A DNA stretch of 64,000 nucleotides from an uncultured Candidatus Saccharibacteria bacterium (GTDB lineage Bacteria; Patescibacteriota; Minisyncoccia; Phycocordibacterales; Zambryskibacteraceae), in NCBI GenBank assembly GCA_964582295.1, contig CAZOQP010000002.1:8563-72562 (forward strand). Reading direction: 5' to 3'. The notes below the pieces were generated by a model. That model saw nothing but the letters and a program-made list of their open reading frames with translations. It did not search any database and was not told where the DNA came from. Numbering within the stretch: position 1 is the first letter of the stretch; every line of letters starts with the position of its first letter. Shown piece by piece: positions 56,564 through 64,000 of this stretch. The position numbers and the translations under genes were made by a program.

Positions 56564-57802
56564 ATGAATGGATTTGACGGAACGAAAGCAAAGCGCATTG
56601 CCGTTGGCGTGCTCCTTGTCTTCATTGGTTTTTATATTGGGCTCAATGCCGGAGAAAGAAAATCTGGCCAGGCCGCTATTGATCTTATAAATACCGAGGT
56701 GGGGAAACCTGCAGGTGTTGATTTTGCTCCTTTCTGGCAGGCCTGGAAGCTTCTTGAAGAGAAATTCGTTCCCACAAGCTCTACCACTGTTGCTAAGAAC
56801 GAAGATAAGGTTTGGGGAGCCATAAAAGGTCTCGCAGATTCATACGGCGATCCGTACACAGTTTTTCTGCCGCCAGTTGAATCGGAGATATTTGAAGCCG
56901 ATGTCCGAGGTAATTTTGAAGGAGTTGGAATGGAAGTGGGGATGAGAGATAACACCCTCACGGTTATAGCGCCGTTAAAAGATACGCCCGCTTATCGAGC
57001 AGGAATAAAAGCGGGGGACATGATAATCCGCATTGACGGAGATTCCATCTCCGGATTTTCGACAGAGCAGTCCATTGCCATTATTCGGGGGGAGAAAGGC
57101 ACGCCTGTCACATTTACCATTGCCCGCGAGGGTGTGGCCGAACCTCTTGAAATAACCGTATATCGCGACACTATTTCCATTCCAACCATAAACACAGAAC
57201 GTCTTTCAAATGGGGTATTTGTGATAAGTCTTTACAATTTCTCATCTGTTTCGCCGGAGCTTTTCCGCCAGGCCCTACGTGAATTCATAGAATCCCGCAC
57301 CGATAAGCTCATTTTGGATTTACGCGGAAATCCGGGTGGATATTTGGAAGCATCTATTGATATGGCAAGCTGGTTCCTGCCTTTGGGGAGGCCTATAGTG
57401 ACAGAAGACTTTGCCGGAAAGGAAGAAAATATTGTGTACAGAAGCCGGGGCTATGATGTTTTCAACGACAAACTGAAAATGGTTATATTGGTTGACGGAG
57501 GTTCGGCGAGCGCATCGGAAATTCTAGCAGGAGCACTGCATGAGCACGGCATCGCGGTACTTGTGGGCGAAAAAACTTACGGCAAGGGATCCGTTCAGGA
57601 ATTAATGCATATCACTGCAGATACCTCGCTAAAGGTGACGGTGGCGCGCTGGCTGACACCAAAAGGGCTTTCAATATCTTTGAACGGTATTGCTCCAGAT
57701 TTTGCGGTAGTGAATGACAAAAAGGGGATAGACAGCCAGCGCGCCAAAGCCGAATCTCTGCTTCTGGATAACGATTATTGGGAGACTAGAAAATCACAAT
57801 GA
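56564..57802 (+). CDS. carboxy-terminal processing protease (S41, PDZ)
   Basis: DPYT, G.F.GVG, DLRGNPGG, SASASEI, GKGSVQ. Confidence 0.93.
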   Translation: MNGFDGTKAKRIAVGVLLVFIGFYIGLNAGERKSGQAAIDLINTEVGKPAGVDFAPFWQAWKLLEEKFVPTSSTTVAKNEDKVWGAIKGLADSYGDPYTVFLPPVESEIFEADVRGNFEGVGMEVGMRDNTLTVIAPLKDTPAYRAGIKAGDMIIRIDGDSISGFSTEQSIAIIRGEKGTPVTFTIAREGVAEPLEITVYRDTISIPTINTERLSNGVFVISLYNFSSVSPELFRQALREFIESRTDKLILDLRGNPGGYLEASIDMASWFLPLGRPIVTEDFAGKEENIVYRSRGYDVFNDKLKMVILVDGGSASASEILAGALHEHGIAVLVGEKTYGKGSVQELMHITADTSLKVTVARWLTPKGLSISLNGIAPDFAVVNDKKGIDSQRAKAESLLLDNDYWETRKSQ

Positions 57803-58242
57803 AAGTCATACTTCTAAAAGATGTTCCGAAAGTAGGGAGGAGGTACGAGCTTAAAGAAGTCTCAGACGGTTTTGCAGCCAATTTTCTTTTCCCGCGCGGG
57901 CTTGCGGAAAAGGCCACTCCCACTGGTATTTCAGAACTTCAGAAAAAAATGGAGGCAGAAAAAGCATCTACAGAAGTTCAGGAAGAATTATTGAAAAAGA
58001 ATTTTGCAACGCTCAAGACATCGTCAATTGAATTAGCGAGACCTGCAGATGAAAAGGGGCACCTTTTCGCAGGTGTGCGAACGGCCGATATTTCAAAGGT
58101 CATAAATGAAAAACTCGGGATGAGTGTTCCCGAACATATGATAATACTTGAACACCCATTGAAAACGGTAGGGGAGCATGATGTAAAAATAGAATCCGGA
58201 GAGAACAAAACGAATTTGAAAGTAAGTATTGTGGGGCAATAA
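57799..58242 (+). CDS. rplI: 50S ribosomal protein L9
   Basis: MKVILLKDV..VG....V..GFA.NFL.P.GLA, G.LF. Confidence 0.96.
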   Translation: MKVILLKDVPKVGRRYELKEVSDGFAANFLFPRGLAEKATPTGISELQKKMEAEKASTEVQEELLKKNFATLKTSSIELARPADEKGHLFAGVRTADISKVINEKLGMSVPEHMIILEHPLKTVGEHDVKIESGENKTNLKVSIVGQ

Positions 58243-58260
58243 AAAGATAACCGCCACTCC

Positions 58261-58476
58261 CTAGTCGGGAAATGGCGGTTCACCTTTGTCTGGAATTATA
58301 GAGTTTTTTTGTTCCTGTGTCGGCTTGCGAGTGCATTTTGCTACGTGCTCGTCGTAAAAAGCTATCACTATGTTACCTCCACAGTGAGGACACTTTTCGC
58401 AACACGGCATTATGTGTACGACTGACGGATCTGTATGGCACTCGCAGTCACAGATTTCAAAATCACGAGCAGACAT
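58261..58476 (-). CDS. Cys/His-rich micro-protein
   Basis: CDCECH...HIMPCC..CPHCG...H...C; GGAGG SD; hairpin at 58249-58280. Confidence 0.55.
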   Translation of the reverse strand: MSARDFEICDCECHTDPSVVHIMPCCEKCPHCGGNIVIAFYDEHVAKCTRKPTQEQKNSIIPDKGEPPFPD

Positions 58477-58521
58477 TTTTATTCCTCCCGAGGATGGAAT
58501 TCTATTCAGAGAGTACCACAG

Positions 58522-58800
58522 TTACTGTGGGATGACATCAAAAACTTTCTTGGATTTGGAGACGCCGTTGAAGTGAGTTTTCCTTTTGGAACGCACATGG
58601 AGAGTACCGGCAACGAGGGCAAAAAGAGTGCGATCGGAGCCCATGCCTACATTGTGGCCGGGAATGATAAGGGTGCCACGCTGACGCACCAAAACAGCTC
58701 CTGGAAGCACTTTGGCTCCCGGATTGACCTTGACCCCAAGATATTGAGGACCCGAATCTCTGCCGTTTTTACTTTGGCCGGCTGCCTTCTTATGTGCCAT
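58522..58800 (-). CDS. rpmA: 50S ribosomal protein L27
   Basis: MAHKKA.G..KNGRDS..LGVK, RQRGT. Confidence 0.97.
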   Translation of the reverse strand: MAHKKAAGQSKNGRDSGPQYLGVKVNPGAKVLPGAVLVRQRGTLIIPGHNVGMGSDRTLFALVAGTLHVRSKRKTHFNGVSKSKKVFDVIPQ

Positions 58801-58821
58801 ATCGGTATAATGTTACAGCCA

Positions 58822-59001
58822 ATGAGTATAATCAAAAACCTGACCGAGCGCAAGGAGTTGCGGGCGATAACGGAGAAAGACTGGAGATATTCTATATCTG
58901 TGGTTATTTTGGCATTTTCACTCGTTTTAGGGCTTATTTTCCTTATGAAAGGGCTGTCATCTCGGCCGGATGTGAAGATTTACACCGATCTTTCAGTCTA
59001 G
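58822..59001 (+). CDS. small single-TM protein
   Basis: 3' part of the track ORF 58435-59001; ATG after TATAAT. Confidence 0.4.
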   Translation: MSIIKNLTERKELRAITEKDWRYSISVVILAFSLVLGLIFLMKGLSSRPDVKIYTDLSV

Positions 59002-59206
59002 GCAGGGCAGGGGACCACCAGCTTGCTAAAAGGCCAAAAAGTGGCCTGATGAATTTATGAAATATACGGCTACATAAAGCCATTTAATATGCTGTTTTCA
59101 GCGTAAAACACTTGACACAGCTATTCAAGTATGATATCATATACATAGCTCAGGAAACCCCTGAGTTTTTCGTTTGGCGTCGTTTCCGATCTAACGACAG
59201 TAGTGA

Positions 59207-59701
59207 TTGAAACCACTCGACGCTAATTACAAACTAACAAAAAGGCTTATCTTATCTTTGACAACCCTTGGTTTACTTGCGACAGCGGGCATGGGTATGA
59301 ATCCCTCCGTTCTCTCTGTGGACGCAAGCTCCGTTCCGGAGCATCCGGCCATAGTGATGCCAAAAGCAGGAAACAAGACTAAGACCGTTCGTGAACAGGT
59401 AGAGGAGTATTTTAAAGATATCCCTATCATGGTAAAGGTGGCACAGTGCGAATCCCGCATTCGCCACTTCCACAAGGACGGTTCTGTAATTCGCGGTGAG
59501 CTCACCCCAGCAGACGTTGGAGTGATGCAGGTGAATGAGGGTTACCATTTGGAAACCTCTCGTAAGCTTGGGATAAATATCCACACCCTGGAGGGAAACT
59601 TGGCATATGCCCGTTACCTCTATGAACGCGAAGGTCTTCGCCCGTGGATGTCGTCCTCTCATTGTTGGGCGAAAAACTCGGAACTTGCTCGCGCTAAGTA
59701 A
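59207..59701 (+). CDS. secreted lysozyme-like/lytic transglycosylase domain protein
   Basis: VAQCES (catalytic Glu), DVGVMQVN, N..YA..LY...G..PW. Confidence 0.75.
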   Translation: MKPLDANYKLTKRLILSLTTLGLLATAGMGMNPSVLSVDASSVPEHPAIVMPKAGNKTKTVREQVEEYFKDIPIMVKVAQCESRIRHFHKDGSVIRGELTPADVGVMQVNEGYHLETSRKLGINIHTLEGNLAYARYLYEREGLRPWMSSSHCWAKNSELARAK

Positions 59702-59708
59702 AACTAAT

Positions 59709-59749
59709 TAACAAAAAACCGCCCCCGTAAAAAGGGGCGGTTTTTTGTT
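59709..59749. terminator. bidirectional terminator
   Basis: AACAAAAAACCGCCCC...GGGGCGGTTTTTTGTT. Confidence 0.8.
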
Positions 59750-60178
59750 TTATACGCTCATTATTCTTTTTTGTTTTTTACGATGAAAAAGAGCGGTCCC
59801 GAAGAATAGGGTAGTGATGAGCGCGGAAAAGATGCAATAGAGGCACCAAGCGTAGAGCACGAATGCCTGTATGTATGTGAAATAAAGAGAAGCATGGAAG
59901 CCGATGCCAGACACAACGGTGATAGCCAAAATAATTTTCTGTGATTGCGGTTTTTCTAAAAACATCAATGAGCCGACAAAAAGAAAGAGGTAATAAGCCA
60001 GACCGAGATAGGGAAGGGGAATGCCGAAAATAACGGAGTAGGAACTTGTGGTCACTACATCGCACTGGAAGCCTTCCGTGCAGGGCGGAATAACACCTCT
60101 AAAATGCTCAACGGATAGAAAAAGAGTATCAAGGAACCCAAGGCCTGAAAGAATGACGAGAAGAATACGTGCGCGCAT
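59750..60178 (-). CDS. vitamin K epoxide reductase (VKOR) family protein
   Basis: C....C..V..S.YS..FGIP, WCLYC. Confidence 0.9.
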   Translation of the reverse strand: MRARILLVILSGLGFLDTLFLSVEHFRGVIPPCTEGFQCDVVTTSSYSVIFGIPLPYLGLAYYLFLFVGSLMFLEKPQSQKIILAITVVSGIGFHASLYFTYIQAFVLYAWCLYCIFSALITTLFFGTALFHRKKQKRIMSV

Positions 60179-60181
60179 GAT

Positions 60182-60847
60182 CTATTGAGACGTACCAGCT
60201 TCTACAGCTTGCAATGTATCGTCAATGACTTTTTGGAATTCTCCACCTGTCTGGGGTAGGGGAATGAGCTTGCCGTTCACGAAAAGGGAAGGCGTACCGG
60301 AGAGGTTGAGGGCCTTGGCATTCTCCCTGTCGGTCCTTATGACATTCTCTGCGGCCTGGGAACTTAGGTCTGTGTTGAATTTTTCCACATCAAGACCCAG
60401 GGTTCTTGCATAAGATGCAAACAATATTTCAGGAGTTGCCGATGTGGCCCACTCTTCCTGATTCAGATAAAGGAGGTCGTGCATCTCAAAGAATTTATCC
60501 TGTGCACCGGCAGCTTCCGCCGCTTTTGAAGAAATGAGTGCGTGAGGATGGATTTCTATAAGAGGGTAGTGCCTGAAGACCACAGCAAGTTCTTCTCCGT
60601 AAATCGCCTCGGCTTGCGTGAGAAGTGATGCGTATGATTTGCAAGCGGGGCACTGGAAGTCGCCATACTCAACAACTACTACTTTGGCCTTTGAAAGGTC
60701 TCCTCTTATATGGTCATTTTCTGTTACCGGATATGAGGAAAGGTCGCCTTCAATATTTAATGCACCCGGCCCTTTTTGAGAGGTGAGGCCTATTACCACG
60801 AGCGACCCAACCAGGAGCACTACTATCCAAATCCACATTTTTTTCAT
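60182..60847 (-). CDS. DsbA-family oxidoreductase (VKOR partner)
   Basis: EYGDFQCPAC, FRHYPL, GTPS. Confidence 0.92.
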   Translation of the reverse strand: MKKMWIWIVVLLVGSLVVIGLTSQKGPGALNIEGDLSSYPVTENDHIRGDLSKAKVVVVEYGDFQCPACKSYASLLTQAEAIYGEELAVVFRHYPLIEIHPHALISSKAAEAAGAQDKFFEMHDLLYLNQEEWATSATPEILFASYARTLGLDVEKFNTDLSSQAAENVIRTDRENAKALNLSGTPSLFVNGKLIPLPQTGGEFQKVIDDTLQAVEAGTSQ

Positions 60848-61154
60848 ATTCCGCATTATACGCTTTTTGCTGCTTTATTGAATAGGGAAGGGCTTCTGTA
60901 TCTTTAGGAGTACGTCGCACAATATATCTTTCGGTAAGTAACCTAGGGCAGACCTGTCCCCCTCCGTTAAAAATAATTTTTAGACCAATCATTAAATAAA
61001 TGGATTAAATTAATCTGCGAGGGTTTAATCCAGAAGTTTTTCCCACCACTCACCCGTCAAATTAAGCAGCACATATGCTGAACCGTAAATTGGCAACAAT
61101 ATTAGAAATAGGATTTTCTTTACCATTTTGGATTTCTTACGAACTAGTACTTAT

Positions 61155-61400
61155 TCACTGATTAGGCCCCGGTGATACAGCCCCGCCTATCTGCCTAAAG
61201 GCCTCAAGAAGGAATGGCTTCACGTGCTCGCTCCAGATGTCTCCCAGGATGGAGAAGAAGCGGATAACAGTGTCTTTAAGGCCGTCTTCCTTAACGCTTT
61301 GTATGACGTCAAAATCGAAAACGTATTTTAAAAGAAGCCAGGCCACCACAAGAAGGAGTAAGAACGGGATGAATCCCCTCTGATGAGAATTTTCTTTCAT
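61155..61400 (-). CDS. small membrane protein with pilin-like RG/FI N-terminus
   Basis: QRGFIPFLLLL; TATAAT 8 nt before ATG. Confidence 0.55.
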   Translation of the reverse strand: MKENSHQRGFIPFLLLLVVAWLLLKYVFDFDVIQSVKEDGLKDTVIRFFSILGDIWSEHVKPFLLEAFRQIGGAVSPGPNQ

Positions 61401-61445
61401 CGGGCTCTATTATATCAAATGAAGCTCTTGCGGGCGAGCGAATAA

Positions 61446-62732
61446 TTATATGGACGGCAAGTATACGAGCGGATCAAGATAAGCTGCTGGAGGCGCTATG
61501 GGTATTGAGATGTTCTGGCAAAAGCGGCTGGAGAGATATCTTTCAACTTTCACGCCGTCTGATGCAAAGATGCCGAGATGGAGGTGTGGGCCTGTGGAAA
61601 ACCCTGAGCCAGATGCTCCCGGCTGGCCGCCTGTGAAGCCGATAGTTTCTCCTGTGGCAACGGTAGCACCCTGCCCCACCTTGAGGCCTGAAAGATGGGC
61701 GTAGAGGGAAGAAAGGCCGTTATTGTGCCTTATGAGAGCCCAGCGGCCGTAAGAGTAGCATCCCCTCTGATCATCTGTGTTCCCCACCGCCACCACGACG
61801 CCTGCAAGTACGGCCTTTACTGGCGTTCCCACAGCCGCCCGGAAATCAATGCCGTTGTGGGTTCCGGAAACATAAAGACGTTTTGCAGATACGGTTGCTC
61901 CGAAGCGCTGGGTGAGAAATACAGATGCAAGAGGCCACTGTAAAATGCCTGGTCTTTGAGACGGGAGTTTACTCGGGTCAATAGTCCTTTCAAGTTGTGC
62001 TTCGTATTCAAAAATCTCTTTTTCAAATTGTTTGCCGAGTTCAATATTTGCCTTTAATTGTTTCTGATATTCGGATTCCTGGCTTTTAGTTTCCACTAAA
62101 AGTTTAGTTTTGGCGGCTTGGTTCTCTAAAACTATTTTTTGTTGAGTATTCAAAGTGCTCTGAAGATTTTGTAGCTCGCCTTTCTTTTGGCGAGATTCCT
62201 CCTGCTCCTTAGTGAATTCTTCCTTGGCTTCGCTTAATATCGTTATGTGGCCTCTCAGGGTTTCATTGAGCTGTTTCATTTCCTCAACTTCATTCCATGC
62301 GTCAGCCAGGGTTTTTTCCGCAAGAATGCTCGTCATCAGACTTTCCCGGTCTGAGGCGGCTATGTTCCGGAGAGACTCGGCAAGTGCTTCTCTACCATGA
62401 ACTATTTTCTGGCCGGCATCCCGTATGTTGAGACCTAATTTTTCTATTTCATATTGAGTGGCGCTTATATTGGTTTTGGTTGAATTGAGGTCATTCCCCA
62501 GTTTCTTAGCATTCTGATCAAGAGATTTTACGGCCGTTTGAAGAGTGGCTGCCTGCATTTGAGTTCTTCCTATCTCTTCCGTAAGGCGTTTATTTTCCTC
62601 TTCTATCCTTTGTTGTTCCGCCCTTTTTTGGTCTATAAGTTTTTGAAGTTCAGCTGGTGTCAGAGCAAAGGAAAACACAGGAGTGAGGATAAAAATACAC
62701 AATATAGATGCAAAAAAGTTTTTCAGGTTCAT
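61446..62732 (-). CDS. coiled-coil plus M23 peptidase (EnvC/MepM-like)
   Basis: Signal peptide MNLKNFF, long coiled coil, HNGID, YAHL, STGPHLH. Confidence 0.9.
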   Translation of the reverse strand: MNLKNFFASILCIFILTPVFSFALTPAELQKLIDQKRAEQQRIEEENKRLTEEIGRTQMQAATLQTAVKSLDQNAKKLGNDLNSTKTNISATQYEIEKLGLNIRDAGQKIVHGREALAESLRNIAASDRESLMTSILAEKTLADAWNEVEEMKQLNETLRGHITILSEAKEEFTKEQEESRQKKGELQNLQSTLNTQQKIVLENQAAKTKLLVETKSQESEYQKQLKANIELGKQFEKEIFEYEAQLERTIDPSKLPSQRPGILQWPLASVFLTQRFGATVSAKRLYVSGTHNGIDFRAAVGTPVKAVLAGVVVAVGNTDDQRGCYSYGRWALIRHNNGLSSLYAHLSGLKVGQGATVATGETIGFTGGQPGASGSGFSTGPHLHLGIFASDGVKVERYLSSRFCQNISIPIAPPAAYLDPLVYLPSI

Positions 62733-64000
62733 TATTTTTGTAAAAGTGAAAGTGCTTCTTTGAGGCGTGTGAGAGTTTCTTGTTTTCCGAAATAAATCAT
62801 GAGGGAAACAGGGTCTGGCGACCTTTCTTTCCCGGATAAAGCGACCCGAAGCGGCCAGAAGAAGCTTCCGGGGCCAATTTTTTGTGCTTCTGTGTCTAGT
62901 GCGGTTTTTAGAGAAGTTTTTTCCCACACGGATGCATCCAAATTTTCTATCACAGAAATTATAGTATTCATATTTTCAACAGTCTTTGCAGTATCGTCCC
63001 CGCCCGACTGAACGGTGTCAGTCGTTCGGGCGGGTTTTTTCCATATAAGCATTGATGGCTCACATATCGGCTTTTGGAAAAGGTAATCCCACTCCCCTCT
63101 TTCAAATTCATCCCGCAGTTCCTGGGCTAGTGAAATACGTTCCGAAAATAAAAACCCGGTCTTTCGTAGATCTTCTTCTTTGACATCTAATTCTTTTGCG
63201 TGTGAAGAAGAAAGAATGGCATTTGCTATGTATTCATTGGTGAATTCCTCACCTTTTATTTTGAGATATTCCTTGTTCATCCAGGAAAGTTTTTTCTCGT
63301 CAAAAATAGCACCTCCTTTTTGCACTCTGGAAATATCAAATATCTTCACAAGTTCATCAAGGGTAAAAATTTCCTGGTCTGTGCCGGGATTAAACCCTAA
63401 AAGTGCCAGAAAATTAAGCATGGCTTCGGGCAGAAAACCACGCTCTTTGTATTCGGTGAGGGAGACAGTTCCGTGGCGCTTTGAAAGTTTGGAGCGGTCG
63501 GGTCCGAGGATAAGCGGCAAATGGGCATAAACGGGCCTGGGTGCGCCCATTGCTTCCTGAATAAGTATCTGGCGGGGAGTGTTTGAAATATGATCCTCCC
63601 CTCTAATGACGTGCGTGACTCCGGACAGAAAATCGTCAACTACCACAGCAAAATGGTAAAGAGGTTCTGTTTTACTCTTGGCTATCACGAAATCACCAAG
63701 CTCTGTAGTATCAAATGAAACCTCCCCGCGTATTTCGTCGTGGAAAGTTACTCTTTTATTCGGATTTTTGAAACGAATAACCTCCGCTCTGTCCCCTTCT
63801 TTTTCTTGTTTTTCCTGGGATACGTAAACAGAACCGTTCTCAATAAGTTTGTTGAGCTCGCCTTCATAAATACTCGTTCTCTCTGACTGGCGATACATCT
63901 CATCCCACGAAAGCCCGAGCCATGAAAGCCCATCCAGGATATTTTTTTCAAATTCTTGAGTACTTCTTTCCTTGTCTGTATCCTCTATACGCAGAAGAAA
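62732..64000 (-). CDS. gltX: glutamyl-tRNA synthetase (5' end outside window)
   Basis: LRIEDTD.ERS, VIRGEDH, KLSKR, LRVALSG. Confidence 0.96.
   Translation of the reverse strand, partial: FLLRIEDTDKERSTQEFEKNILDGLSWLGLSWDEMYRQSERTSIYEGELNKLIENGSVYVSQEKQEKEGDRAEVIRFKNPNKRVTFHDEIRGEVSFDTTELGDFVIAKSKTEPLYHFAVVVDDFLSGVTHVIRGEDHISNTPRQILIQEAMGAPRPVYAHLPLILGPDRSKLSKRHGTVSLTEYKERGFLPEAMLNFLALLGFNPGTDQEIFTLDELVKIFDISRVQKGGAIFDEKKLSWMNKEYLKIKGEEFTNEYIANAILSSSHAKELDVKEEDLRKTGFLFSERISLAQELRDEFERGEWDYLFQKPICEPSMLIWKKPARTTDTVQSGGDDTAKTVENMNTIISVIENLDASVWEKTSLKTALDTEAQKIGPGSFFWPLRVALSGKERSPDPVSLMIYFGKQETLTRLKEALSLLQK
62999..63034 (-). repeat. in-frame 36-nt palindromic insert in gltX
   Basis: CCCGCCCGA-ACGACTGACACCGTTCAG-TCGGGCGGG encodes PARTTDTVQSGG. 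Confidence 0.75.

Noticed and set aside
60870-61140. AT-rich spacer with a possible 52 aa minus-strand ORF (MVKKILFL...)
   Set aside because: No clear initiation signal or motif; may be a decayed gene but cannot be supported
1-64000. Alternative genetic code (TGA recoded)
   Set aside because: Conserved genes are uninterrupted in code 11 and several (truB, rseP, def) end at TGA at the expected length

Overview
Core-chromosome segment of a reduced-genome bacterium, most likely Patescibacteria/CPR (Parcubacteria-like). This assignment is an inference from gene content: two mreB, short ProRS and TruB, helicase-degenerate PriA, a stand-alone VirD4/HerA-like ATPase, and TGA used as stop. Housekeeping blocks (typA, truB, hpf, fmt-def-priA, mreB, frr-rseP-proS-mreB-mreC-pbp2, greA-lysS, mraZ-rsmH-ftsL-ftsI-murF, rmuC, rplU, recR-dnaB-cysS, ctp-rplI, rpmA, gltX) alternate with small self-contained accessory genes and two tRNAs (Asn, Glu). 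Highlights: (1) an ECF sigma locus where the same GTAA-N17-CGTC motif precedes the sigma gene, an LPNTG-protein/class F sortase pair, and two unannotated micro-ORFs with net charges +13 and -13; (2) five copies of a branched-hairpin element with compensatory base changes, four of them 3-4 nt after stop codons; (3) a GIY-YIG gene between a tRNA-Asn and a palindrome-interrupted copy of its 5' part; (4) in-frame CCYGCC..GGCGGG palindromes inside cysS and gltX; (5) apparently leaderless core genes versus Shine-Dalgarno accessory genes; (6) a eukaryote-type large PurL plus PurM. No CRISPR array, rRNA or intact transposase/integrase was seen. All calls come from reading the sequence; no database searches were run.
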